From contig JBEKMW010000006.1 of NCBI GenBank assembly GCA_049523455.1, positions 5,731 through 69,730 of the forward strand: a stretch of DNA of 64,000 nt. The letters run 5' to 3'. The translations under genes and the position numbers were made by a program. A model generated the notes under the pieces. It was not told where the DNA came from, made no database searches, and saw only the letters and a list, made by a program, of their open reading frames with translations. This document shows, piece by piece, positions 1-8,703 of this stretch (position 1 is its first letter; each line of letters starts with the position of its first letter). The DNA comes from Verrucomicrobiota bacterium. GTDB taxonomy: Bacteria > Verrucomicrobiota > Verrucomicrobiia > Limisphaerales > UBA11358.

Positions 1-364
1 TGGATTTCTGAAAGCACAAGGTGACCGCCGCAGCCACCAGCCAGAGCAGCACCGTGCCCAGCCAGGCGGCGCGGATGGTGCTGCGCAATTGACGTTGGCG
101 GTTGGTCGCCAGCGCGTACGCCGTCTGTTGCGCGAACACACTCTGAAAGGGAATCGTCGGCACGATGTTCACGACCGAGAACAACGTGATGAGGATGCCG
201 TATTCGGAGGCGGGGATTTTTCGGGACAGAAAATGGATGCAGAGCATCAGCGCACCGGCCGTCATGGTGGCCACCATCAGCCAGCCGCTCTGCCGGAAAA
301 ATGCGGCGTGGTGTGCTTCCGCACGGCCCGGCGGCGGATCGGCCTGGATTGGTTCAACGGTCAT
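1..364 (-). CDS. MOP/Wzx-like polysaccharide flippase, N-terminal part; the gene runs off the left edge
   Basis: My own minus-strand translation from the ATG at 364-362 reads MTVEPIQADPPPGRAEAHHAAFFRQSGWLMVATMTAGALMLCIHFLSRKIPASEYGILITLFSVVNIVPTIPFQSVFAQQTAYALA... It has hydrophobic helices and a flippase-like opening. It is missing from the ORF track because it is open at the window edge. An alternative in-frame ATG lies at 412. Confidence 0.5.
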   Translation of the reverse strand, partial: MTVEPIQADPPPGRAEAHHAAFFRQSGWLMVATMTAGALMLCIHFLSRKIPASEYGILITLFSVVNIVPTIPFQSVFAQQTAYALATNRQRQLRSTIRAAWLGTVLLWLVAAAVTLCFQKS

Positions 365-557
365 GGACACGCGCGCAGAGCTTGCCGGATGCGGTTGAAT
401 GAGAAAAGGCATTTTGCGGCCGGAAGGCGGAATTGGGGAAAAAAGGTCTGGAACCAGGGAAGTTCCCGGTTCCCACGCCGGTTTGGTTATCTGCGCGCTC
501 CTTTGCTTGCGGCCCCGCTTCGCAGCCGGTTGCGCGGCTGGTGATGCTGGGTTATTA

Positions 558-1346
558 ATGAGGACTATGAAAAAGTTGATTCCTGTTCTGCTCGGTTTAA
601 GTTGCATTATGACGGCTCATGCGACCATTCAAACCAAGGACGTTGAATACGAACAAGGTGATACGACGCTCGAAGGCTATGTGGCCTACGACGATGCCAC
701 CCGGGGCACGCGCCCGGGCGTGCTCGTGGTACATCAATGGATGGGGCTCACCGATTACGAGAAGAAACGCGCCCAAATGCTCGCGCAACTCGGCTACGTC
801 GCGTTTTGTGCGGACATCTACGGCAAAGGCATCCGGCCCACAAACACGCAGCAGGCCGGCGCGCTGGCCGGTCAATATCGCAACGGTGACCGCCAGTTGT
901 TGCGCGCCCGCGTCAAGGCCGGCCTGGACGCATTGCGGCAACAGCCGCTGGTTGACCCGCGCCGTATCGCCGCCATCGGCTATTGTTTCGGTGGCACGAC
1001 CGTCCTGGAACTGGCGCGCAGCGGCGCAGACCTGAACGGTGTCGTCAGCTTCCACGGCGGCCTCGACGCGCTCAACCCTGACGAAGGCAGGAACATCAAG
1101 TGCAAAGTGCTGGTCTGCCACGGTGCGGACGATCCGTTTTCCTCGCCGCAGAACATCGCCGCGTTCGAAAACCAAATGCGCAGCGGCGGCGTGGACTGGG
1201 AGTTCATCCAATACGGCGGCGCGGTCCATGCCTTCACGCAACGGGACGCCGGCAACGATAATTCCAAAGGGGCAGCCTACAATGAAAAGGCCGATAAACG
1301 TTCCTGGGAGACCATGCAGCAATTCTTCGCCGAGATTTTTAAGTGA
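558..1346 (+). CDS. secreted dienelactone hydrolase family protein
   Basis: ORF 399..1346. The likely start is the ATG at 558, giving signal peptide MRTMKKLIPVLLGLSCIMTAHA. DLH-type motifs are present: VVHQWMGL, nucleophile elbow GYCFGG, and HGADDP...H near the C-terminus. Confidence 0.8.
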   Translation: MRTMKKLIPVLLGLSCIMTAHATIQTKDVEYEQGDTTLEGYVAYDDATRGTRPGVLVVHQWMGLTDYEKKRAQMLAQLGYVAFCADIYGKGIRPTNTQQAGALAGQYRNGDRQLLRARVKAGLDALRQQPLVDPRRIAAIGYCFGGTTVLELARSGADLNGVVSFHGGLDALNPDEGRNIKCKVLVCHGADDPFSSPQNIAAFENQMRSGGVDWEFIQYGGAVHAFTQRDAGNDNSKGAAYNEKADKRSWETMQQFFAEIFK

Positions 1347-1353
1347 CGTGGCT

Positions 1354-1438
1354 GGTCAAATCAGTTAAATGAGTTAAACGAGTTGAATCGTTAAATGGGC
1401 AACGCCATTTGCCATTTAATTTTTTAACTGATTTGGCC
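1354..1438. repeat. long AT-rich imperfect hairpin built from GTTAAAT/GTTGAAT words
   Basis: The arms GGTCAAATCAGTTAAA (1354-1369) and TTTAACTGATTTGGCC (1423-1438) pair over 16 bp with one G.T. The interior word GTTAAATGAGTTAAA (1364-1378) recurs identically at 6749-6763. Confidence 0.7.
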
Positions 1439-1453
1439 AATCACGAACCACTC

Positions 1454-2026
1454 ATGCGCATCACCGGCGGCAAAGCGGCGCGACGAATTCTCCGGGTCCC
1501 CAAAGGATTCGACGTGCGTCCGACGCCAGATCTGGTCAAGCAGGCGGTTTTCAACAGCCTCGCTTCGCGGATTGTGGGGGCGCGCGTGCTGGAGCTGTTC
1601 GCCGGTTCGGGCGCGCTAAGCCTCGATTGCTTGAGCCGCGGAGCCGTGTCGGCGGTGTGCGTCGAGAAGTCACCCCGTCACGTCGAATACATCCGGGGCA
1701 ACGCGCAATCGGCCGGCCTTGAGCCGAACCTCGAAGTCCGCACGCAAGACGTTTTCACGGTGATTCATCAACTGGCGGAGTCCGGCAGGCAGTTCGACTT
1801 GATTCTGGCCGACCCGCCCTACGGTGAGAAGAACATTGGGCGCCGGTCCACCTCGTTTGCCCAGCGACTGCTCGACAATCCCCATTTGCCCAAGCTGCTG
1901 GCGCCCGGCGGGCGTTTCATTCTGGGCCACACCAAGCGCGATACCCTGGATATCATTGCGCCATGGCGGGAGGCCAAACAGCTCAAGCACGGCGACAGCG
2001 TTATGCGGTTTTTGGCGACCGCGTAG
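1454..2026 (+). CDS. rsmD: 16S rRNA (guanine966-N2)-methyltransferase RsmD
   Basis: ORF 1409..2026; the likely start is the ATG at 1454 (MRITGGKAARRIL). Diagnostic features are RPTPDLVKQAVFNSL, the SAM motif LELFAGSGALSLD and DPPYG. Confidence 0.8.
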   Translation: MRITGGKAARRILRVPKGFDVRPTPDLVKQAVFNSLASRIVGARVLELFAGSGALSLDCLSRGAVSAVCVEKSPRHVEYIRGNAQSAGLEPNLEVRTQDVFTVIHQLAESGRQFDLILADPPYGEKNIGRRSTSFAQRLLDNPHLPKLLAPGGRFILGHTKRDTLDIIAPWREAKQLKHGDSVMRFLATA

Positions 2027-2047
2027 GACCGGCATCGGTCGGTCCTA
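2024..2047. terminator. palindrome between convergent rsmD and obg whose arms contain both stop codons
   Basis: TAGGACCG (2024-2031) pairs with CGGTCCTA (2040-2047) as an 8-bp stem with an 8-nt loop. The rsmD TAG and the obg TAG (minus strand) both lie inside the stem arms. There is no U-tract. Confidence 0.3.
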
Positions 2048-3229
2048 AGATGACGAAGCTTGCTCGACGGCCTCGCGCAGCGTGCGTTTGAATTTTTCGA
2101 TGCCCTGGTCAAACGCGGCGGCGATCGGCAGCACCGCGACCCTTTTGATTTTGGCCTTGAATTGCTTCAAGTTTTTCTCGGCGACGGCTTCATCCATTTT
2201 GTTGGCCGCGACCAGCCGTGGCTTTTCCAGCAGCGCCGGGTCATAAAGCTCCAGTTCACGCAGCAAATTCTTGTAATCATCCCAGGGCTTGCGGTTATCC
2301 GCGCCGGCCATGTCCAGCAGCAACACGAGTATTTTGCAGCGTTCAATATGGCGCAGGAACGCATGGCCAAGGCCGACATTCCGGTGCGCGCCTTCGATCA
2401 AACCCGGCACGTCGCAAACCGTCAACCGGTGAAAATCGTCGTATTCCAGGATACCGATCTGGGGATGCAGCGTGGTGAACGGGTAGGGCGCAATCTTGGG
2501 GCGCGCCTTGGAAATGGCGGTGAGCAACGTGGATTTGCCGGCATTAGGATACCCCACCAGGCCAGCCTCGGCGATGATGCGCAGCTCCAGAAGAAAATCC
2601 CCCTCCTCGCCAGGTTCGCCGGGTTGCGCGAAACGCGGGGTCTGTCGGGCCGCCGTGGCAAAATTCCGGTTGCCCAACCCGCCGCGACCGCCTTGGCACA
2701 AAACAAACCGCTGGCCGTGCTGCGTGAGGTCGGTAACGAGTTCACCTTTGTGGAACCCACGGGATTCGTCCATGGCGGCTGATGCCGACAAATCAATTTC
2801 CTGCGCCACCACACCGCTGGCACTGCGAATCAAAGGGCGTTGACCGGCGCTGGTAGGCAAGGTTGCGCCTGCCGGGCGCGCCGGCGTCCCGCCCGCTGGT
2901 TTCGCAGACGTCGGCGGGAAGCCAGCGGCGTCAGCCGCCCGCCACACCAGTGTGCCGCAGGGAACCTTGACGATTAAGTCCTTGCCCGCGTGGCCGTCCA
3001 TGCCCTTGCCCATGCCCCCGTGACCGTCCTGGGCAACGAGGCGCGGCTGGTAATACTGCGCGATCAGATTGTTCAGATCGTGGTCGGCCTGAAGGATCAC
3101 ACTGCCGCCCGCGCCGCCGTTGCCGCCGCTCGGGCCGCCTTTGGGACGAAACTTCTCCCGCTGGAAGGCCACACAGCCTTTGCCGCCGTGCCCCGCCCGC
3201 GCGTAGATTTTGATTTCGTCAACGAACAT
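2045..3229 (-). CDS. obg: GTPase Obg/CgtA
   Basis: MFVDEIKIYARAGHGGKGCVAFQREKFRPKGGPSGGNGGAGGSVIL is the glycine-rich Obg fold. G1 is GYPNAGKST, followed by DVPGLIEGA and NKMD. A roughly 65-aa insertion sits in the Obg fold. Confidence 0.95.
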   Translation of the reverse strand: MFVDEIKIYARAGHGGKGCVAFQREKFRPKGGPSGGNGGAGGSVILQADHDLNNLIAQYYQPRLVAQDGHGGMGKGMDGHAGKDLIVKVPCGTLVWRAADAAGFPPTSAKPAGGTPARPAGATLPTSAGQRPLIRSASGVVAQEIDLSASAAMDESRGFHKGELVTDLTQHGQRFVLCQGGRGGLGNRNFATAARQTPRFAQPGEPGEEGDFLLELRIIAEAGLVGYPNAGKSTLLTAISKARPKIAPYPFTTLHPQIGILEYDDFHRLTVCDVPGLIEGAHRNVGLGHAFLRHIERCKILVLLLDMAGADNRKPWDDYKNLLRELELYDPALLEKPRLVAANKMDEAVAEKNLKQFKAKIKRVAVLPIAAAFDQGIEKFKRTLREAVEQASSS

Positions 3230-3252
3230 GCGTTGGTTAAATGGTCAATCTT

Positions 3253-3284
3253 CTCCCTCTCCCCGCTTGGGCGGGGAGAGGGAG
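3253..3284. repeat. REP-like perfect hairpin (CTCCCTCTCCCCGC / GCGGGGAGAGGGAG)
   Basis: It has a 14-bp perfect stem and a 4-nt loop. A related CCCTCTCCTCG/CGAGGAGAGGG hairpin occurs at 56968-56994. Confidence 0.7.
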
Positions 3285-3293
3285 CCAGGAACA

Positions 3294-3322
3294 ACAAAAA
3301 AGGCGAGGCCCGCGGCCTCGCC
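3294..3322 (-). terminator. Rho-independent terminator downstream of rpmA
   Basis: The minus strand reads GGCGAGGCC-GCG-GGCCTCGCC followed by TTTTTTGTTGTT: a 9-bp GC stem, a 3-nt loop and a T-run. It lies 20 nt after the rpmA stop. Confidence 0.7.
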
Positions 3323-3342
3323 CGGAAATTCATTTACGCCGT

Positions 3343-3603
3343 TTAATTCTTTACGGCCGGTTCCGCCTGCACGTTCACCCGCCGGCCTTCCTTGTCGAAC
3401 TTTATCTTGCCGTCCACGAGCGCAAATAGCGTCCAATCCCGGCCGGTGCCGACGTTCCGGCCCGCTTCAAACTTGGTGCCGCGCTGGCGGACGATGATGC
3501 TGCCGGCGGTGACGGATTCGCCGCCGTAGGCTTTTACGCCGAGTCGTTTGCTGGCGCTGTCGCGGCCATTACGGACGCTGCCTTGTCCTTTTTTATGAGC
3601 CAT
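3343..3603 (-). CDS. rpmA: 50S ribosomal protein L27
   Basis: [29 protein letters not shown]... is a canonical L27 N-terminus; 86 aa. Confidence 0.97.
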   Translation of the reverse strand: MAHKKGQGSVRNGRDSASKRLGVKAYGGESVTAGSIIVRQRGTKFEAGRNVGTGRDWTLFALVDGKIKFDKEGRRVNVQAEPAVKN

Positions 3604-3608
3604 AAATT

Positions 3609-3920
3609 CTACGCCTTGATTTCTTTGATCTTTACCACCGTCAACTCCTGGCGATGGCCGATGGATTTGTGGTAACCCTTGCGGCGTTTCATTTTGAACG
3701 TGAGTTTTTTCTCGCCGCGCTTGTGTTCAACCACGTCGGCCACCACCGTGGCGCCGGTTACCGTGGGGGCGCCCACGCTCACTTTGCCGTCCTGGTTGAC
3801 CAGCAAAACGCGGTCAAATGTCACGGGCTGGCCGGCCTCAACCGCCAGCCGCTCGATCTCCACCGTGTCGCCCGCGGCCACACGATACTGTTTGCTGCCT
3901 GTTTCCAACACTGCGTACAT
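3609..3920 (-). CDS. rplU: 50S ribosomal protein L21
   Basis: [25 protein letters not shown]... is a canonical L21; 103 aa, lying 5 nt upstream of rpmA. Confidence 0.97.
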   Translation of the reverse strand: MYAVLETGSKQYRVAAGDTVEIERLAVEAGQPVTFDRVLLVNQDGKVSVGAPTVTGATVVADVVEHKRGEKKLTFKMKRRKGYHKSIGHRQELTVVKIKEIKA

Positions 3921-3942
3921 AGATTTCCCGCAAAAGGGTAGT

Positions 3943-3972
3943 TATATAAACAAAAATGTGTCCGGATGTCAA
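3943..3972 (-). promoter_or_regulatory. candidate sigma70-type promoter for rplU-rpmA
   Basis: The minus strand reads TTGACA (3972-3967), an 18-nt spacer, then TATATA (3948-3943), about 22 nt upstream of the rplU ATG. Confidence 0.4.
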
Positions 3973-4000
3973 CCTGCGAGTTTGAAAAATTGGCCTTTGC

Positions 4001-6190
4001 TTACGTTCTTGCCGCCGGTTTCTTCGCCGCTTTATCCAGGATCGTGGTGAGAATACCAGCGGGCACCTGCTCGAACGTCAACGGTTCCATGGAATACGAC
4101 GCGCGCCCTTTGGACAGCGACCGAATGGCCGTGGCATAGCCAAACATTTCGGCCAGTGGCACTCGCGCGCCTACAATGGTCTGGCCCTGCTTGGCCTCGA
4201 TGTTGACGATGTGGCCGCGCCGCCGCGTGATGTCGCCGATCAGGTCGCCCTGGTACTCGTCGGGCGTGGTGCATTCCACCTTCATGATCGGTTCCAGCAA
4301 AATGGGGCCGGCTTTTTTGAAGGCGTCTTTGAGCGCAAAAATACCGGCCATCTTGAAGGCCAATTCGTTGGAGTCCACTTCGTGGAAGGTGCCGTCCACC
4401 ACCTGCGCCTTGAGGTCAATGACCTGATATCCGGCATAGACGCCGCCTTTGATGGCTTCTTCGATGCCGTCAATGACCGCCGGGATGTATTCCTTGGGAA
4501 TGGCGCCGCCGACGATCTTGTTTTCGATCTCGATGCCTTTGCCCCGTTCGTTGGGCTGAATCTGGATGCAGGCGTGGCCGTACTGGCCGCGGCCGCCGGA
4601 CTGCCGGATGAACTTGCCTTCGCCGTCCGCTGACTTGGTAATGGTTTCGCGGTAGGCGATTTGCGGGGCGCCAGTGTTGGCGTCCACCTTGAACTCGCGC
4701 TTCAGGCGGTCGCAAATGATTTCCAGGTGCAACTCGCCCATGCCGGCAATGATGAGTTGGCCGGTTTCCTGGTTGGTAAAACACCGGAACGTCGGGTCTT
4801 CCTCCGCCAGGCGTTGCAGGCCCTCGGACATCTTGTCGCGGTCGGCGCGCGTCTTGGGCTCCACCGCCATGCTGATGACCGGCTCGGGAAATGTCGGCGG
4901 CTCGAGCGTTACATCGAAGTCCTCGTCGCACAACGTGTCGCCGGTGGTGATGTTGCGCAGCCCGACCAGCGCCGCTATGTCGCCGGCGAATACCCGCTCC
5001 ACGTCCTTGCGTTCGCTGCCCTGAATTATCATCAGGCGGCTGACCCGCTCGCGCCTGCGCGTGCGCGGATTGTAAATCGTATCGCCCTTTTCGAGCTGGC
5101 CCGAATAGACCCGGAAAAACACCAGCTTGCCCGCGTAAGGATCGGTCCACAACTTGAACGCCAGCGAACAAAACTTGTTGGCATCGCTGGTGTCCACCAC
5201 GACTTTGTTGTCCGTGCCCGGTTCGGTGCCTTCAGCCGCGGGCACGTCGAGCGGGCTCGGCAGGTAATCCACCACGGCGTCAATCAGCGGCTGCACGCCT
5301 TTTTTCTTGAAGGCGGAGCCGCACAACACCGGCACCAATTCGATTTTGCAGGTCAGCCGGCGGATGGCGGCTTTGAGTTCCTGGGGCGTCACCGGCTTTT
5401 CTTCCAGCACGAGCTCGGCGATCCGGTCGTCCTTGTTGGAGACGGCATCCACCAGTTCGGCCAGCGCGGCCTTGGCGCGCTCCTGGTGTTCGGCGGGGAT
5501 TGCCTTGACCTCATAATTCAAGCCTTCATTGACCACGTCACCCGGCCCCCAATAGATGGCCTTCTGGTTCACCACGTCAATGACGCCGGCAAAGCGGTCC
5601 TCCGCGCCGATGGGCAGGAAGATGGGGTAGGCATAAGCTTTGAGCTTGTTGCGCATGTCGGCCAGTGCGTTCTCGAAGTTGGCGCCGGTGCGGTCCATCT
5701 TGTTGACGAACGCGATGCGCGGGACTTTGTACTTGGTGGCCTGCCGCCAGACGGTCTCCGACTGCGGCTGAACGCCGGCCACACCGCAAAACACGGCCAC
5801 CGCGCCATCCAACACGCGCATCGAACGCTCCACCTCTGCCGTAAAGTCCACGTGTCCGGGGGTGTCAATGATGTTGATCCGGTGGGGCACGCCCAGATAC
5901 GCCTTGTACAGCTCGTTTTCGCCGTGCTTGGTCTGTTTTTGCGTCCAATAGCACGTCACCGCCGCCGAGGTGATGGTTATCCCGCGTTCGCGCTCCTGTT
6001 CCATCCAGTCCGTCACCGTATTGCCATCGTCCACGTCGCCGATTTTGTGGATGAGGCCGGTGTAAAAGAGAATGCGTTCGGTCGTCGTGGTTTTGCCCGC
6101 GTCAATGTGCGCCGCGATCCCGATATTGCGGGTCCGCTCCAGCGGGTATTCACGTTTGGACGAATTCGCCGATTTTTCGTTGTTGGCCAT
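4001..6190 (-). CDS. fusA: translation elongation factor G
   Basis: 729 aa. [38 protein letters not shown] and NKMDR are present, and the EF-G domains III-V are recognisable. Confidence 0.97.
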   Translation of the reverse strand: MANNEKSANSSKREYPLERTRNIGIAAHIDAGKTTTTERILFYTGLIHKIGDVDDGNTVTDWMEQERERGITITSAAVTCYWTQKQTKHGENELYKAYLGVPHRINIIDTPGHVDFTAEVERSMRVLDGAVAVFCGVAGVQPQSETVWRQATKYKVPRIAFVNKMDRTGANFENALADMRNKLKAYAYPIFLPIGAEDRFAGVIDVVNQKAIYWGPGDVVNEGLNYEVKAIPAEHQERAKAALAELVDAVSNKDDRIAELVLEEKPVTPQELKAAIRRLTCKIELVPVLCGSAFKKKGVQPLIDAVVDYLPSPLDVPAAEGTEPGTDNKVVVDTSDANKFCSLAFKLWTDPYAGKLVFFRVYSGQLEKGDTIYNPRTRRRERVSRLMIIQGSERKDVERVFAGDIAALVGLRNITTGDTLCDEDFDVTLEPPTFPEPVISMAVEPKTRADRDKMSEGLQRLAEEDPTFRCFTNQETGQLIIAGMGELHLEIICDRLKREFKVDANTGAPQIAYRETITKSADGEGKFIRQSGGRGQYGHACIQIQPNERGKGIEIENKIVGGAIPKEYIPAVIDGIEEAIKGGVYAGYQVIDLKAQVVDGTFHEVDSNELAFKMAGIFALKDAFKKAGPILLEPIMKVECTTPDEYQGDLIGDITRRRGHIVNIEAKQGQTIVGARVPLAEMFGYATAIRSLSKGRASYSMEPLTFEQVPAGILTTILDKAAKKPAART

Positions 6191-6215
6191 TTTAAATCGC
6201 TAAACCGTTTAAGCG

Positions 6216-6253
6216 TTGAAGCGTTGAAGCCATCACGCTTCAACGCTTCAACA
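6216..6253. repeat. perfect 16-bp hairpin in the rpsG-fusA spacer
   Basis: GTTGAAGCGTTGAAGC (6216-6231), loop CATCAC, GCTTCAACGCTTCAAC (6238-6253). Each arm is a tandem duplication of the word GCGTTGAA. Confidence 0.8.
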
Positions 6254-6268
6254 CGTCAACTTGCTAAA

Positions 6269-6742
6269 TTACCAGCGGAAATGGGCAAACGCCTTGTTCG
6301 CCTGGGCCATCTTGTGGACCTCGTCGCGTTTGCGGATGGCGTTGCCCTGTCCTTGATACGCTTCCAAAATCTCCGTCGCCAGCGCCTGGCGCATCGGCTG
6401 GCCCTTGCGGGCGTCTGCGAAATCCACAATCCAGCGCAGCGCCAGCGCCGCCTGGCGGTCCGACGGCACTTCCAACGGCACTTGATAGGTGGCCCCGCCC
6501 ACGCGCCGGGCTTTGGTCTCGATGCGCGGCTTGGCGTTGTCCACCGCCCGCTGCAATATCTCGACCGGATTGCTGGCCGGGTTCTTCTCGGAAATCTGGT
6601 CGAACGCCTTGTAAACAATTCGTTGCGCCGTGCTTTTCTTGCCGCACAGCATCACCGTGTTGATCAGGCGCGACACCAGGACGCTTTGAAACTTGCCGTC
6701 TTTGGCTATCGTCCGTCGGGAAGCTTGTCGTCTGCGGGACAT
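6269..6742 (-). CDS. rpsG: 30S ribosomal protein S7
   Basis: 157 aa. MSRRRQASRRTIAKDGKFQSVLVSRLINTVMLCGKKSTAQRIVY is a canonical S7. Confidence 0.97.
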   Translation of the reverse strand: MSRRRQASRRTIAKDGKFQSVLVSRLINTVMLCGKKSTAQRIVYKAFDQISEKNPASNPVEILQRAVDNAKPRIETKARRVGGATYQVPLEVPSDRQAALALRWIVDFADARKGQPMRQALATEILEAYQGQGNAIRKRDEVHKMAQANKAFAHFRW

Positions 6743-6744
6743 GG

Positions 6745-6835
6745 ATTGGTTAAATGAGTTAAATTGCGTTAGACTGCGTTAGTAGCGTTGAATAGCGTTG
6801 AATAGCGTTGATAGAGTTAAATCGGTTAAAGGAGT
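6745..6835. repeat. AT-rich direct word-stutter spacer between rpsL and rpsG
   Basis: GGTTAAATGAGTTAAATTGCGTTAGACTGCGTTAGTAGCGTTGAATAGCGTTGAATAGCGTTGATAGAGTTAAATCGGTTAAAGG. The words GTTAAAT (x3), GCGTTAG (x2) and TAGCGTTGA (x3) recur, and the same words appear at 1364-1400 and 6211-6253. Confidence 0.75.
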
Positions 6836-6845
6836 CAAATCCACG

Positions 6846-7280
6846 TCACGCGGCGGCGGGCGCCGGCGCAGCCGGGGCGGCGGCGGCGGGCGCGGCGGGC
6901 TTGGACCCGGGCTTCGGACGTTTCACGCCATATTTCGAGCGGCTCACGCGGCGTTTCTCCACGCCGGCGGCATCCAGCCGTCCGCGCACGATATGATAGC
7001 GCACACCCGGCAAATCCTTCACGCGGCCGCCACGCACCATCACGATGGAGTGTTCCTGCAGGTTGTGGCCCTCATCCGGGATGTAGGCAATGACTTCGTA
7101 GCCGTTCGTGAGCCGTACTTTGGCCACCTTGCGCATGGCCGAATTGGGCTTCTTGGGCGTGCGCGTCATCACCTGGATGCACACCCCACGACGAAACGGC
7201 GAGCCTTCCAGGGCTGGCGCCTTGGACTTGTACTTTAACTTGCGGCGGCCCTTGCGGACCAGTTGGTTGATCGTCGGCAT
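6846..7280 (-). CDS. rpsL: 30S ribosomal protein S12
   Basis: [24 protein letters not shown]...[16 protein letters not shown] is a canonical S12. It carries a roughly 20-aa Ala/Pro-rich C-terminal tail ([18 protein letters not shown]). Confidence 0.97.
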   Translation of the reverse strand: MPTINQLVRKGRRKLKYKSKAPALEGSPFRRGVCIQVMTRTPKKPNSAMRKVAKVRLTNGYEVIAYIPDEGHNLQEHSIVMVRGGRVKDLPGVRYHIVRGRLDAAGVEKRRVSRSKYGVKRPKPGSKPAAPAAAAPAAPAPAAA

Positions 7281-7303
7281 TTCGTCTTAAAAATGGAGCG
7301 CCA

Positions 7304-7331
7304 AATATACCAAAAAAATCCTCCGTTGCAA
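7304..7331 (-). promoter_or_regulatory. candidate sigma70-type promoter for rpsL-rpsG-fusA
   Basis: The minus strand reads TTGCAA (7331-7326), a 16-nt spacer, then TATATT (7309-7304), about 24 nt upstream of the rpsL ATG. It sits in the divergent region shared with the oxidoreductase gene. Confidence 0.35.
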
Positions 7332-7388
7332 CAAGTATTTTAAACCATTGATATTGGACGTTTTTGAGCGCTCTGGCACACTGTCCGC

Positions 7389-8441
7389 ATGGCATCAATC
7401 GTCAGAGTGGCTGTCCTCGGCGTCGGTTCCCTCGGCAAAGAACACGCACGCATTTACGCCGAACTCGCCAAGGCCGGCCAGGTCGAATTGGCCGGCATTT
7501 TCGACACCAATCCCGATACCGCGCGCCGGGTGGCCGCTCCATACAAAGCGCGGGTTTTTGATTCCCTCGCCCAAGCCGCCGCCGCCAGCGACGCACTGAG
7601 CGTGGTCACCCCCACCGTCACGCATTACGAACTGGCCAAGCAGTTGTTGGCCCAGGGCAAGCACGTCCTCGTGGAAAAACCGATGACCGACAACGCCGCG
7701 CAGGCTGCCGAGCTCGTGCAACTCGCCCAGCAAAACCACTGCGTTCTGCAAGTTGGCCACGTCGAACGCTTCAATCCGGTGTTCAAATACCTCGAAACCG
7801 CCGCGCCCAACCCGCGCTTTATCGAATGCCTCCGGCTCTCCCCCTTCCCCGCCCGCTCCACTGATATCGGCGTCGTGCTGGATCTGATGATTCACGATCT
7901 TGATGTCGTGCTCGCCTTCGTGAAATCGCCCGTAACCCACGTGGATGCCGTGGGTATTCCGGTGTTGAGTCAAAGCGAGGATATTGCCAACGCGCGGTTG
8001 CGGTTCGCCAACGGCTGCGTGGCCAACCTCACCGTCAGCCGCGTCACCACCAAAAAAATGCGCGAAATCCGCGTATTTAGCGGCGGCGCGATCCAATCAA
8101 GTGGTCACCAGCCGAGTGCGACGGCGAGTTACGTCTCCCTCGATTACCGCGCGCAAGAAGGTTACATCTACCGCATCGCGCGCGACGATGAAGCGGAGAG
8201 CTCGTTGTTGAAGAAAATTTTTGCCGCCAAGGATTCGGCCGTGGTGGGCGAATTTGCCGGCAAACGTGTCGTGCGCGAGCCCGTGCCCATTGCGAAGGAG
8301 GAGCCACTCAAACTCGAACTGCAGGATTTTGTGAAGTGCGTCCGCGAGCGGCACGCGCCGGTGGTCAGCGGCGAGTCCGCCAAACGCGCGCTGGATCTGG
8401 CGTTTGAAATTACGAGACAAATACAAAATCAAACAATTTAA
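7389..8441 (+). CDS. Gfo/Idh/MocA family NAD(P)-dependent oxidoreductase
   Basis: 350 aa. The N-terminal Rossmann motif is VAVLGVGSLGKEHARIY, and EKPM plus the GHVERFNP region are typical of the family. It lies directly upstream of lpxB. Confidence 0.8.
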   Translation: MASIVRVAVLGVGSLGKEHARIYAELAKAGQVELAGIFDTNPDTARRVAAPYKARVFDSLAQAAAASDALSVVTPTVTHYELAKQLLAQGKHVLVEKPMTDNAAQAAELVQLAQQNHCVLQVGHVERFNPVFKYLETAAPNPRFIECLRLSPFPARSTDIGVVLDLMIHDLDVVLAFVKSPVTHVDAVGIPVLSQSEDIANARLRFANGCVANLTVSRVTTKKMREIRVFSGGAIQSSGHQPSATASYVSLDYRAQEGYIYRIARDDEAESSLLKKIFAAKDSAVVGEFAGKRVVREPVPIAKEEPLKLELQDFVKCVRERHAPVVSGESAKRALDLAFEITRQIQNQTI

Positions 8442-8703
8442 CGCAACGGCGGAAAAGCAGCAGGGTTGAAGTCAAAAACAATGTGTGACGTTGGAAAAAC
8501 TGCAGAGCAGCCGGTGGTCGCCGTTGAAATAGCTGCGGAGCAGCGCACGATAGCAGCCCATAGCGCCAGCTATGGGGAAGGAAGAAAACGACATGAAAAA
8601 ATTCCACCTCTTTCGCCCCTGCCGGGGCTTGGACGGTTTTGATCATCGTGTTCCCACGGCTGGCGCCGTGGGCTACTATCGCGCGCCACTCCGTGGCTAA
8701 AAC

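Noticed and set aside
399-557. N-terminal 53 codons of ORF 399..1346 (and ORFs 89..544, 165..398)
   Set aside because: A much better start at 558 gives a classic signal peptide. The upstream part overlaps the divergent flippase gene's 5' region and reads as Arg/Gly-rich filler.
4661-6757. 698-aa plus-strand ORF covering fusA and part of rpsG
   Set aside because: It is antisense to two unmistakable ribosomal and translation genes. Its composition is Arg/Ala/Gly-rich, as is typical of shadow ORFs in GC-rich DNA, and it has no motifs.
6745-6835. Tandem short repeats (also 10340-10400, 42495-42612) as possible CRISPR arrays
   Set aside because: The units are 7-10 nt words with no unique spacers of 25-40 nt, and no cas genes lie nearby. 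This is not CRISPR architecture.
7326-7354. A plus-strand promoter for the oxidoreductase gene using the same palindromic TTGCAA as its -35 element
   Set aside because: The best -10 candidates (TGATAT/GATATT at 17-18 nt) are weak. The support is not enough to report it as a feature.
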